Source of the DNA: Octopus vulgaris
Taxonomy: Eukaryota
DNA length: 64,000 nt
Assembly (NCBI GenBank): GCA_951406725.2
Contig: OX597839.1
Coordinates: forward strand, 9,052,001-9,116,000
Direction of reading: 5' to 3'
Made by a program: the position numbers and the translations under genes. Under the pieces are notes generated by a model. That model did not search any database, was not told the DNA's origin, and worked only from the letters and a program-made list of their open reading frames with translations. Positions 27,181 to 40,334 of this stretch are shown here, piece after piece; positions within the stretch are counted from its first letter, which is position 1; each line of letters opens with the position of its first letter.

Positions 27181-27926
27181 GTGAGCGGGTGAATGAACAT
27201 TGGAGACAACTCAAGGAAGGTAAAAGCTCATCGATTCTGTACCAACACGCCGAACAAGAACACGGGGGATCAATCAATAACATAGAGATTAAGATATTGT
27301 CCACACATAGAACAGATGCAACAATTAGACAAATTACAGAAGCTACACATATAATAGAAAATAAACCTAGCCTGAATAGAAAACTAGAATGGAGCAATAG
27401 CGCACACCACAACATATGACAATAGTGGATCCTGCAAACATAATAAATACACAGGTAATTAAAGAAATAGAAATGAATATCTATATATATGTGTATGTGT
27501 ATATATATGTATATGTATATGTGTATATATGTGTGTATATATGTATATATATATATATATGTATATGTATATATATGTATATATATGTATATGTATATTC
27601 TTTTTTTTTTTTTCGATTAGATTTATTATTATTATTACTAATATTGTTGTTATACATACATACAAGCATATGTAATGATAATAATGGGTGTATGTAAACA
27701 CATGAACAAAATTAGAACAAAAGCAACAACAACAAAAACAAAATACAAATTACAAGAATGTATATAACCAGAAGATACAAATATTACAGGCATCCCCCCA
27801 CACACACACTAAATAAACATAGACGCACATAGAGATATAAGCATGCGCAAATGAAGACATACAATAGAAATACAAAATGGCTGACGGTTAGTAAGGAGAG
27901 ACACAAGTAAGTGAGAAGAAAACAAA

Positions 27927-27971
27927 GGACCACTGATGCGGTCACAGGAGTGTGACGAAAGAACTTTGGCC
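27927..27971 (+). ncRNA. Hammerhead-like motif in the Penelope pseudo-LTR (mirror copy at 25996-26040 minus)
   Basis: GGACCA-CUGAUGC-G-GUCACA(GGAG)UGUGAC-GAA-AG(AA)CU-U-UGGCC; A9 replaced by C. Confidence 0.6.
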
Positions 27972-28613
27972 GAAATAAGATTAAGATTAATGTAAAAAAT
28001 AAATATCACTGAAGCAAAATAACACCAAATATATAGTGCATGTGTTTTTATTGGCTAAACTGGCAATATGACCATTCCGAAATATAACAATATATATATA
28101 TATATATACATATATACGACGGGCTTCTTTTCAGTATTCGTCTACAAAATCCACTCACAAGGCTTTGGTCGGCCCGAGGCTATAGTAGAAGACACTTGCC
28201 CAAGGTTCCACGCAGTGGGACTGAACCCGGAACCATGTGGTTGGTAAACAAGCTACTTACCACACAGCCACTCCTGCGCCTTATTTAATTTGCTTACAAT
28301 TATAACGCCATCTGTGTTAATCACATGCACTGTAGTCTTAGAAACAAAAAAGGACCTGTTGAACAGAGTAACCCTACATGTCCCTAAAAATAACTGGAAA
28401 GCCCCTGATCACAGTTGGCCCTGAAGATAAACAATTAAATTCTGACATCTTCACCAAAAATGTAATACAGTATTCCCTTTGGCAGCAATTGAACTCAGAA
28501 AAGTGGTGAATGAAAATTTTGGGGATTTCAGAGAAAGTCTGTAGACCTTTCTATCACCATTTATTTACTTATCTACTTACCACCTTTTTTGTGTGTCCCC
28601 GATCCATCTGTGT

Positions 28614-28656
<43 letters not shown>

Positions 28657-29010
28657 CATGCGCATGTGCGCCCTCCTTTTTCATCTATTACCAAGCTTAT
28701 TTATTATGCATATATTCTATCTATCTATTACAGAGATCCACCTGATTGCCACTCTGTTTATCTATCTATTAAGCTGAGCCATCTAATTATCTGTTTTCAT
28801 ACTCATGCATACACATCCAATTCTTTCTCCTTCTGTCTTTCAGTCTATCTCTGCCTCTCTCTCTCTCTCTCACACACACTTTCCCTCACCCTCTCCCCCT
28901 TTCCCCCATGACTACAAATTACAGACAAAAATCTCTGCTGATGACGTCAAATTTATCTCCAGTGGTGATGCATTTACAAGTAGATATTTGAGATTTGAGT
29001 AAATATTCCA

Positions 29011-29047
<37 letters not shown>

Positions 29048-29060
29048 CATACACACACAA

Positions 29061-29100
<40 letters not shown>

Positions 29101-29627
29101 CAAGTAGCAAGCAGACCTAATGACAAAACGAACAGAAAAACCAAAAAACTAGATAGAAGGTTTCAACTTTTCTGTGAATAATAACTACTCCATTAGCTCT
29201 CCAAAATTATACAAAGCCCTTTCTCCCCACCTGTGACCCAGCTCAATAGACATTACTCTCATAAGTTACCTTGCACATATTTCCATTGTTATACCTGATG
29301 AGCTGAAGAACAGCAAAAGTGGAGACAATGATGTTTTATCTGTTATCAAACAAAAGATTAACAAAATATGGCTTGACATTGTTTCCATCCTGTCTTTCTC
29401 TGAGTAGAAAATAAGCAATGAGCCAACTAAGGTATCTCTTCATCGGTGCATCTCAAACTTTTAAAACAATCTCCCCCACTTCTCTTACAAATACTTTTCA
29501 ACATTCTCTCGCTATGATTCAATAATGTCTCTCTTTACCCCTTTTAATGAACATACATACAGCAGTAAAAGTTCATGGATTTGGTAGACAGAAACTAAAA
29601 GAAGCTCATTATTTATTTATGTATGTA

Positions 29628-30013
29628 CTAGCAGTATCGCCCGGCGTTGCTCAGGTTTGTAAGGGAAATAACTATAAAGCATTTTTAGAGAGTTATAGCC
29701 AAAAAATAGCAAAAAAATGGGGAAAAAATTATGGTAAATTTTTTTTTTGAGAGTTAAAAAAGGTCGAGTTGCGTCCCCTAGACAGTCTGCGGTTTGTGTT
29801 TCTGATTCTCGACCCCATGTCGAATTTATCGATTTTTTCAGAACTGGGTGAACTTTTCAAAATTTTCGCTGCGTTAGTTTTGAATTATGACATTGGGCTA
29901 TGTGTGTGTCAAATTTCATCAGAATCGGTTGAAAGCCGTGGTCAGGGTGAGGGTACAACAAAACAGACACACAGAAACACACACAGACAAACTGCCGTTT
30001 ATATAGAGAGAGA
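29628..30013 (-). mobile_element. Non-autonomous Helitron
   Basis: On the minus strand: 5'-TC start, GC-rich subterminal hairpin-like sequence, CTAG-3' end, between A and T, no TSD. Confidence 0.7.
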
Positions 30014-30069
30014 TGTAGGTATGTACATACATATGCATGTATATATGAATGTGTTCTCTTTCTCTTTTT

Positions 30070-30332
30070 AGTTTTCAAGTAAATTTTGACTAACTACCTA
30101 CTTGGTAACAAGATTGTGAAGGAAAGCATTTTGTTTTAACCATCATCCTTTAAATCTTAAGAAGGTCTTGTAGATTTTCATAGTCCCGGATATCGCAATC
30201 ATTTGTCGCATACGAATTAAGGATTTGCATTCTTTCCCCAAGATCCCAAGTTCAACCATACTTTATTCCAGATGGATTGGTATGCATCCTGTTGCTCCAA
30301 TAATAATAAGGATGAAGCTGAAAGTGTATCCT
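30070..30332 (-). mobile_element. R4/Dong-like (restriction-like endonuclease) non-LTR element 3' end
   Basis: YTFSFILIIIGATGCIPIHLE*SMVELG...LIRMRQMIAISGTMKIYKTFL. Confidence 0.55.
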
Positions 30333-31857
30333 CTCAATGAAGATGTTTAGACAAAACACTGACCAGGACGGGATGATGACTTCAAAGTGGGATGTCATAA
30401 ACTTGTCAAAACTCCATAGGAAGCTTTTGACATGATCAATCCTTTCTTATTTCTTTATTGCCCAGAAGGGGCTAAACATAGAGGGAACGAACAAGGACAG
30501 ACAAAGGGATTAAGTCGATTACATCGACCCCAGTGCGTAACTGGTGCTTAATTTATCGACCCCGAAAGGATGAAAGGAAAAGTCGACCTTGGCTGAATTT
30601 GAACTCAGAACGTAATGGCAGACGAAATACCACTAAGCATTTCGCCCGGCGTGCTAACGTTTCTGCCAGCTCGCCGCCTTCTATCTGTGTATGTGTGAGA
30701 GAGAGAGAGAGAGAGTGTATGTGTGATAAAAATTTCTTGAAAGGCACAGGTGTGGCTGTGTGGTAAGAAGCTTGCTTCCTAACCAAATGGTTCTGGGTTC
30801 AGCCCCACTGCATGGCACCTTGGGCTAGTTTCTTCTGCTATAGCTTCAGGCTGACCAAAGTTTTGTGAGTGGATTTGGTAGAAAGCAAAAGCCTGAACAC
30901 CCACACAACATCCAGCATACAACAGATGAAAGCAAGGTGAAGGACCAGGATCTTACATGGAACAAAGCACAGACACTTGTGAAAGACTGGCATCGAACTG
31001 TGGAAGACTTATTTCCCCAACTGAGAAGCAGAGGATTAAATAATAAATGGATGGAAGCACTCCGTCGGTTACGACGATGAGGGTTCCGGTTGATCCGATC
31101 AACGGAACAGCCTGCTCGTGAAATTAACGTGTAAGTGGCTGAGCACTCCACAGACACATGTACCCTTAACGTAGTTCTCGGGGATATTCAGCATGACACA
31201 GAGAGTGACAAGGCCGGCCCTTTGAAATACAGGTACGACAGAAACAGGAAGTAAGATTGAGAGAAAGTTGTGGTGAAAGAGTACAGCAGGGATCACCACC
31301 ATCCCTACTGGAGCCTCGTGGAGCTTTAGGTGTTTTCGCTCAATAAATACTCACAACGCCCGGTCTGGGAATCGAAACCACGATCCTACGACCGCGAGTC
31401 CGCTGCCCTAACCACTGGGCCATTGCGCCTCCAAATGATAAATAGTAAAGAAACAAGAGCAAATATTAATGAAAGAAATGATGTATGCTACTGAAGCAGG
31501 AACCAGATTCATGGCAGAGAGATAAATGTGGTAAGTGGCACAAAACAAGTTGAATATAGGATGACCAAAAGGTTGAGGTGGGAGAAATAGAACAGGTTGC
31601 TGCAGACGTTTTACCTTTGGCCTAAATCATTTCATTTAGTAAAATAAAATTACATAATTGCGTAAAATTTTTTGAAGATTCAACTTCAATTATGCTAATA
31701 ACAAATGCTCTTATCTTTTACTCTGTTACTACTTTCAGACAACTGGTTGATTGTGGCCATGCTGTAGCACTGCCACCATATGACATTTAAGAATTATATT
31801 TTTTTTAACTCAATACTGATGCCGTTAAGTAATCATTTTTCATTCTCTTTTTATTTA

Positions 31858-31924
<67 letters not shown>

Positions 31925-31931
31925 GTATATG

Positions 31932-32001
<70 letters not shown>

Positions 32002-32178
32002 ATAACAAATTAATAAATAAAACATATGCGTATATACATACATATATGTACGTACCTACATCTACATGTATATATACACGCATATATGGGTACAGGACAC
32101 CAAAAAAATGTCGAACACAATGAGAAACAAAAACAATGCACGCATCCATGTCTAAGTACGTTTGTTCTATATATATAT

Positions 32179-32210
<32 letters not shown>

Positions 32211-32420
32211 GGCAATATAGCATTTGCCTTCATTGTTTCTTTAAAATACAGACATATTCATTGCCATCATCACCACTACCACCCACCATAATCATCATCA
32301 TCATCATCATCATCATCATTTTCCACCTGTTTTTCTCCATGCTGGCATGAGTTGGCCAGGTCACAAAGTATCCCACCACTTGCCATAGTCCATCACTAAC
32401 ACTTTAGCATTTAAACTGGA

Positions 32421-32460
<40 letters not shown>

Positions 32461-34270
32461 GTTTAACGTCCGTTTTCCATGCTAGCATGGGTTGGACGGT
32501 TCGACCGGGGTCTGGGAAGCCAGGAGGCTCCGCCAGGCTCCAGTCTGATCTGGCAGTGTTTCTATAGCTGGATGCCCTTCCTAACGCCAACCACTCCGTG
32601 AGTGTAGTGGGTGCTTTTTACGTGCCACCAGCCAAATTATTCCACATGTTTTATGCTTAAACTGACCAGATCTGGCCTCTCCTATCTGTCCCATGTGATT
32701 CTAAAAATAAACAGTCACAACATCAAAATCTCAAAGCAAACAAGATAATGCTTGATTAGTTCAAAACAATATGAATTAATAAGTATTACATTTGACAGAA
32801 TAATCTGAATGCTAAGAGTTCAAAGCAACAAGAAAAGCCACCTGTCTCTGTATATATTAGTGTGTGTGTGTGTATGTGTGTGTGCGTGACAGAGAGAGAG
32901 AGGAGGAACAAGAAGTTAACAAGGTGGCCTCTATGCAGGAATGAAACCCAGAACTATATTCTTTCAACAGGCGGCGAGCTGGCAGAGACGTTAGCATGCC
33001 GGGCGAAGTGCTTCGCGGTATTTCGCCCGTTGCTACGTTCTGAGTTCAAATTCGCCGAGGTCGACTTTGCCTTTCATCCTTTTGGGGTCGATAAATTAAG
33101 TACCAGTTATGCACTGGGGTCGATGTAATCGACTTAATCCGTGTGTCTGTCCTTGTTTGTCCCCTCTATGTTTAGCCCCTTTTGGGTAGTAAAGAAACGT
33201 ATATTCTTTCTTTTACTTGCTTCAGTCATTAGACTGCGGCCATGCTGGGGCACCACCTCGAGGAATTTTGGTTGAACTAATTCTCATTTTAAGCCTGGTA
33301 CTTATTCTATATTTTTCTTTTTCATTTTCTTTTTTGCTACACTGATAAGTTATGGGGATGTAAACACACTAACACTGGTTGTCAAGTGGTAGCGGGGGAC
33401 AAACACAGACCTCAAAGACAGACAGACAGACAGACACACACACACACACACACACACACAAATATGTGGCAGCCTTCTTTCAGTTTCCATCTACGAAATC
33501 CACTCACAAGGCTTTGGCAGGCTTGAGGCTATAGTACAAGATACTTAGAGGAGGTGCCATGCAGTGGGACTGAACTCGGAATCATGTGGTTGGGAAGCAA
33601 GCTTCTTACCACACAGCCATGCCTAGTGAACATCATCTCAATCACTCCCACCACCACCACCACCATCACCATCATCATCATCATCATCATCAGGAGGACT
33701 AGAATCAATGACAATGAGAATGATGACTATGAAGTTTGAAAGATATTAATAAAAACTCTTTTTTTTTTTTTTTTTTTAAATTAAGAAGAGCGGGGTAGAT
33801 ATAAAAGCAGGAAGTTTAAGGATGCAAGTCAGAAACTATCAAAACTGACATCTGGGATCATTTCCATTGCTATTTATAGAAAATAGTCTCAGATTACATT
33901 AAGGAGATGCAAATCTAATGGAAGAAAGATAAAAATGAAAGAAATAAGGGGAAGAAAGAAAAAAATAGAGAAAGAGAGAGCGACAGAGAAAGAAGAAGAA
34001 ACGGAAGAAATGAAGTAAAACAATAACTGCATAGATATCTTGATAATCCTCACACACACACACACACACACACACATGCACTTGTAAACATACACACATA
34101 CATACACAAATACATGTGTCTCATGCATAAATAATGCACAAAAAGCAATGAAAACTGAAAGAGCCCTCAATACATGTTAAGTGAGGAATGAAAATTTTAT
34201 TTATTTTCAAAAGGAACAGACTGATAGAGACTTCACAGTTTCGCTGCTGAATGGCTATACACACACACAC

Positions 34271-34314
<44 letters not shown>

Positions 34315-34527
34315 GCATATATATATACATATATATATAAACATATATATATACATATATATATATAAACATATATATATATACATATATATGTAAACAT
34401 ATATATATATACATATATATATATACATATATATATAAACATATATAAACATATATATATATATACACACACATATATATATAAACATATATATAAACAT
34501 ATATAAACATATATATATATACACACG

Positions 34528-34558
<31 letters not shown>

Positions 34559-35325
34559 TATATACACACACACACAAACATATATATACATACATACATA
34601 CATACATACATATACACACAAATACATACATACATATATAAATTATGTTTCTGCTTCAAAGGGAAATTTCCCAATTTCAGGCCAAGTAGTAGTAGCAGTA
34701 ACAACAGCAGCAGCAATGGTAGTAGTTGTGGTGGTGGTGGTGATGGTGGTCGTGGTGGTGGCAGGAGCAGTAGCAGTAGCTTCTGCTGCTACTGTAATAC
34801 TAAGCAACAGCAGCAGCAGCAATAATAGTGAAAGTAATGTGGATGCTGCTGCAGCGACAGCAACATCAACAGCAGCAGCAGTAGAACTAGTAGTAGTAAT
34901 CATGGTGCTGGTGGCAGTGGTGGTGGCGGTGGTGGTAGCTATATGGTATTATATATCAACAATTTCAGAGATCATTTTCCACTTGTCATTATTCTAAACA
35001 TTACCGGATACTTTTCAGCTTTTTCGCAGTTCTATATTTCTTATTTCTTATTTTTCCTTTCCACTTCCACCGAAATTACTTTCTAAACTAACAACAAATC
35101 TATTACAGTGACAGGTTAAAAACTCATTACTTTTTTTTTTTTCAACATGTTTCCACCCTGTCCCACTATTACGTGTTTCCAATACACACACACACACACA
35201 AACTCTCTCTCTCTCTCTCAGACTCAAACAGGAATCAGTCTCCTAATATAACTATAATTAACATTTACATTTGAAACTTATGAGGTACTTCAGAAAAAGT
35301 AGAAACAGATAGCCAAATTGAAATA

Positions 35326-35817
35326 CATCTTCACTATAGCCACAAGTATGGCTGTGTGGTAAGAAGCTTGCTTCTCAACCACATGGTTCTGGGTTCAGCC
35401 TCATTGCATGGCACCTTGAACAAGTGTCTTCTATTGTATAAAATATATCTTCACTATGGGCACAAGCATGGCTGTGTGGTAAGAAGCTTGCTTCTCAACC
35501 ACATGGTTCTGGGTTCAGTCTCATTGCATGGCACCTTGAACAAGTGTCTTCTATTGTATAAAATATATCTTCACTATGGACACAAGCATGGCTGTGTGGT
35601 AAGAAGCTTGCTTCTCAACCACATGGTTCTGGGTTCAGCCTCAATGCATGGCACCTTGAACAAGTGTCTTCTATTGTATAAAATATATCTTCACTATAGC
35701 CACAAGCATGGCTGTGTGGTAAGAAGCTTGCTTTTCAACCATATGGTTCTGGGTTCAGCCTCATTGCATTGCACCTTGAACAAGTGTTTTCTATTGTATA
35801 AAATATATATCTTCACT
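35326..35817 (+). repeat. Tandem array of four 120-bp SINE A head units
   Basis: CACAAG..TGGCTGTGTGGTAAG starts at 35341, 35461, 35581 and 35701. Confidence 0.95.
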
Positions 35818-36053
35818 GCAACGATTTCATCTCAATCGAAGGAGAGGGTCTCTCTCAGTCCGGGTTGCAGATTTGTGGAATAAGCTGCCAGACGAGATAG
35901 TGAAGATGCCGACGTCTGCTCAGTTCAAAGTCTCTCTTGACCAGAAATGGTCTGAACCCTTTGCATGAACACCCTCCCTGTACATAACTCCATGTCCCCC
36001 TACATGGCCTTGCTTTTGCTTTTTGAACCAAAAAATTAACTTTAACTTTAACT
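35818..36053 (+). mobile_element. CR1 LINE 3' end with (TTAACT)n tail
   Basis: QRFHLNRRRGSLSVRVADLWNKLPDEIVKMPTSAQFKVSLDQKW. Confidence 0.8.
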
Positions 36054-36547
36054 ATGGGCACAAGCATGGCTGTGTGGTAAGAAGCTTGCTTCCCAACCAC
36101 ATGGTTCTGGGTTCAGCCTCATTGCATTGCACCTTGAACAAGTGTCTTCTATTGTAGCTTTGGGCTGACCAAAGCCTTGTGAGTGGATTTGGTAGATGGA
36201 AATTGAAAGAAGCCTGTCATGTGTGTGTGTCTTTGTTTCCCCCTACCCCACCCCAATCACTGCTTGACAACCTGTGTTAGTGTGTTTATGTCCTCACAGC
36301 TTAGTGCTTTAGTAAAGAGACCAATAGAATAAGTACTAGGCTTTAAAAAAAAGTAAGTCTTGGGTTGAGTTGTTCAAGGTGGTGCTCCAGCAAGGCCGCA
36401 GTCAAATGACTAAAATAAGTAAAAGAATAATATATATATATATATATAAATTTATATAAATAAGGATAAGATCAATATTTAAATACCAATCTTATCAGGT
36501 GCCCAGCATGGGAATAAAAACCTTCAAAGGTAATAATTATTTAAAAT

Positions 36548-36731
36548 TATAATTTAGGGTAACTAAGAGATACCACCATGTTTGAAATAGCAGTCAAAAC
36601 TTGACTCTAAAACCACATAAAATGTTCATACATTTAAATGTGCTTTATGAACATTTAATATGGTTTTAGAGTCAAGTTTTTAGTGCTATTTCCAGCATGG
36701 TAGTATCTCTTAAATACCCTAAATTCTAATT
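36548..36731. repeat. Imperfect palindrome (about 85-bp arms) between two (TA)n arrays
   Basis: AATTTAGGGTA..AAGAGATACCACCATG...ATGTTCATA / TATGAACAT...CATGGTAGTATCTCTT..TACCCTAAATT. Confidence 0.85.
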
Positions 36732-36744
36732 ATATATATATATA

Positions 36745-37141
36745 CTAGCAGTATCGCCCGGCGTTGCTCAGGTTTGTAAGGGAAATAACTATATAAGCAT
36801 TTTTAGAGAGTTATAACCAAAAAATGGCACAAAAATGCATTAAAAATGGGGAAAAAATGATGGTAAATTTTTTTTAAATCGTTGAATCATCGTAGACATT
36901 TTTAGAGTTACTTCCCTTATACAATAGCGAAAAATGCATTAAAATGGAAAAAAATGATGGTAAATTTTTTTTTAAATCGTAGACTCATCGTAGATGCGCG
37001 CTAATACCCAGAAGGGCTCGATATGAATCACAACTATAAGATACTCGGTTTTGGTTAAACTGCACCGCAAAATGTGGGAGTAGTTAGGAATCTAAATCGT
37101 AGGAGACAGACACACAACTTGACTTTTATATATAAAGAAGA
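36745..37141 (-). mobile_element. Non-autonomous Helitron sharing its 3' end with 29628-30013
   Basis: Identical CTAGCAGTATCGCCCGGCGTTGCTCAGGTTTGTAAGGG end; inserted in (TA)n. Confidence 0.7.
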
Positions 37142-38103
37142 TATATATATATATATAGTGAAAGAAAATCAATGCAACTTTTATGACATGTTATAAGGAG
37201 CATTTTCAGTTATGTGTACCTGCTTCTGCACTGTTCATGGAAATTTCAGCCACATTATGATCAGTGACTTGCTGTATTATAGGGCTCCCCTAGTTACCTG
37301 CAGTGCATGTAAAATGTCCGGATTGAATTATCTAAGACATTATACATGTGCTACAATAAGCTTCAAGAAACATTATTTAGAACTTTGTGTTCAAGTGCAG
37401 CACACATTTTGAATGCATAGTGTGTGTTTTTACCTTTTGATCAATTCCTCATGTTCCTGATAGATTAAAATAACGATGTGGAATACTAACTGAGTTTCAG
37501 TGTTGCATCTGTTAGACATTTCTAAGTGGAAACGTTGCATCATTTACACATACCTGTTGCGTCAGTTACATTTTACCAAAGGCACTGCAGCATGTATTAA
37601 ACAACAGTGTTGGATATGAAAGCATGTATAACATCCATACCACTTCAGGATTCTTTTGATATAAAAATTGCATCCACATGTAAATTTTCTGCACAGGGCT
37701 TCTAGCATAAGTACCACCAAGTCAGGTACCATGTCTTTCTTCTATTGCATCAGTTATGCAAGTTTTTATTCTCTCTAAGACAAGCTAGTTCAAACACAGA
37801 ATTACAATACAATATGTAACAATATTTATAGGCCACAGCAGTTGAAGTATTCATGGGTCATTACACTTCAGTTAGTTTAAGTAAGATGCCAGAACCTTTT
37901 TTAGATTAAAGGTTTTGGATTAAATCATAAATGCTGCATCAGTTATGATGGAATTGCCCGGATACAACAGGCTTCTTTCAGTTTCTATCTACCAAATCCA
38001 CTCACAAGGCTTTGGTCAGCCCAAGGCTGTAGTAGAAAATACTTGCCCAAGATGCCATGCAATGAGACTGAATCCAGAGCCATGTGGTTGGGAAGCAAGC
38101 TTC

Positions 38104-38514
38104 GGATCTTTTCGGTTTGAACGGCAGTTTTTAACATAATTTCTAGGTAACTAAAAAATTTTAAACTTCGTATACTGGTAGAATGTGTTTATAAAACATC
38201 TTTTTCTCTTGGCTTTATTGAGAAAATTCTATAGTTTGTAAGATATTTGTTATTTTTTTTCTTCAATTTCTGCAATTTCAACCAATCAATGACGTCCACT
38301 GAGATAAAAAGCATTCTGTGCTGTATGAATATGTCCCTCGTTTAAGAAACAGATTGGGTTTATTTACATTTGTGAAGAAAAAAAGATACCCTTCTCCCCA
38401 CCCCTAACCCTAAAACAAATTGAAATGCAATAGATTGATACTAGAGTCATAATTATTGGTGACAATTTCATATGACACCGCAAGAAAAAACTGCCGTTCA
38501 AACCGAAAAGATCC
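38104..38514. mobile_element. MITE with 29-bp perfect TIRs and 8-bp TSD (Merlin-like), nested in a SINE A copy
   Basis: TIR GGATCTTTTCGGTTTGAACGGCAGTTTTT; TSD CAAGCTTC at 38096-38103 and 38515-38522. Confidence 0.9.
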
Positions 38515-39319
38515 CAAGCTTCTTACAGCTCAGCCACATCTGTGATATAATAATCATCGAAGTCAACTCAGCATAATGTAGGAATTTTATTTTAAATTTC
38601 CAAGAAAGGATTCATGTAGAGTTTGGCAAGGCAAAATGAGTTCGCTTCTTTTGCTTCCTATTAGAATATGAAGGTGAATGACAGATATCTTTTTATGGAG
38701 ATATGAGGTTGGTGAGCTTCAATTTAATTTCTGAAATGGTGGTCCCTCATCTAATGTTTTCTAGGTAATGACAGTTTATTTCAGAAATCATATGATCTCT
38801 TGAAGATACAGAGATACAGCAATCACAATGTAACCATTAACAGACATTATTTTTCAGGGCACTGATATGTAGGATCAGCCAATATGTGTATGTGTGTGTA
38901 TGTACACACACACACAAATATATATGTATACACACATGTATGCAAACCCATGCATTAACTCTTTCATCACCATGTGCTACCCTAATCAAATTACCATTAG
39001 CCCACAGTGAAATGAAAATATATTAACAACTATTGACTTTGGCAAGCTGTTAAGAACAAAGTGATCCTTATTTTCAGAGGCGTAAGATTAAAAGACACAT
39101 GCAGAGACATGAATGTTCATACATGCACATGCATAATGCATACACACACAGACATATACACACTTAAACATACATCACACATACATTCACATAAATAACA
39201 ACAACAGCAGATATTTAAAACCACAAAAGTATAAGTTCTTTTTTTTTCAAATACTCCTTTTTCAACTGATAAACAAATGTGTGACAGCCAAAAGGAATGC
39301 TCTCCATAGATGGTACTTG

Positions 39320-39322
<3 letters not shown>

Positions 39323-39353
<31 letters not shown>

Positions 39354-39730
39354 AGCATTCACCCAGGGTGGGTTGAGCTGGCTTCATTCATCCTCAATGC
39401 TGCATCTCTCACAAACGCCAAACGGACCTGGCGATTTGAGGCTAACGACCGCGTGATCTCCAGCCACTCCTTATTCCAGCAGCAAACGCCGTAGATATGG
39501 GGGCCTAGGTTGGGTTCCAGATCAGCCTTGACTGTCATCAACCAGGTTTCTCGTTGTCCACCACATCGCTTTCGCCAACCCTGAAGGGGAGCTGGGGCAA
39601 TTGCTTCATAGATGAATTCTCCTGGTTGGCGACGGAGGGCATGACCCAGCCAACGCAGATGTCTCATTAGGATGATTTGTCGGAGGGAGGTGATTCTGCA
39701 CTGGTGTCGCACCGAATTGTTGGTACAATA
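39323..39730 (-). mobile_element. RTE-clade LINE 3' end with (AAG)n tail
   Basis: RHLRWLGHALRR...WRKRCGGQRETWLMTVKADLE...WLEITRSLASNR. Confidence 0.8.
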
Positions 39731-39844
39731 AATACCAATCCCTCAAATCACAGCCAACAGTTTAGGAAAGATAAGACACATCAAGGATAATGTAGTGTTG
39801 GAGACATTACACCACTGACCACATAGCACATTTTCAGCACTTGA

Positions 39845-40190
39845 TGCTTTGGGAACCAGACAAAAATTGCTGCAGTTCAGCTGGGATGTGTTACCCCACC
39901 CTCCATATTCACCAGATATTGATCCTTCGGATTTCCACTTATTCAGGTCTCTGCAGAATAGTCTTAATGTTAAAAATTTCAATTCCTTGGATGACGATAA
40001 AAAGATACCTTGATGAATTCTTTGCCATGAAATCACCTCAATTCTGGGAAGAGGGTATTTCAAGTTGAATGATGGAGACGCATTGTGCAACAAAATGGTT
40101 CATATTTGGTTGATTAAAATTGTAATGGCAAGTATTTATTGACCTTTTCCTTTCCTTTAAAAATCGGCACAAACTTTCTGGACAACCTAA
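39845..40190 (+). mobile_element. Mariner (DD34D) transposon 3' portion with right TIR
   Basis: WDVLPHPPYSPDIDPSDFHLFRSLQNSL; ends TCGGCACAAACTTTCTGGACAACCTAA-TA. Confidence 0.85.
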
Positions 40191-40334
40191 TAGTATTAGT
40201 GAGGTTAAACAGAGTGGCATGTTAAACTTATATCCAAGTGTGAACTACATATACTAAAGGTATTCAAACAACATAGAGTGAAATAATTAAGTGGTAGCTT
40301 ACAAAGCAATGATGTGAATAAATACAAGATTATT

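Larger units (their letters stand above)
25820..28093 (-). mobile_element. Penelope-like retroelement, 5'-truncated, fold-back (inverted pseudo-LTR), inserted in the (TA)n of a SINE A copy
   Basis: GIY-YIG endonuclease frame; near-identical inverted arms 25874-26790 and 27181-28093; host SINE halves at 25586-25800 and 28094-28281. Confidence 0.9.

Noticed and set aside
27181-27415. N-terminal MLWCALL... part of the 287-aa minus ORF
   Set aside because: It is the antisense reading of the inverted arm; real PLE coding starts near 27180
27413-27500. Selenocysteine readthrough/SECIS after the PLE TGA stop
   Set aside because: TGA is followed two codons later by TAG, and I could not fold a SECIS by eye
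35326-35817. CRISPR-like array or 175-aa repeat protein
   Set aside because: Units are contiguous SINE heads with no unique spacers, in eukaryotic context
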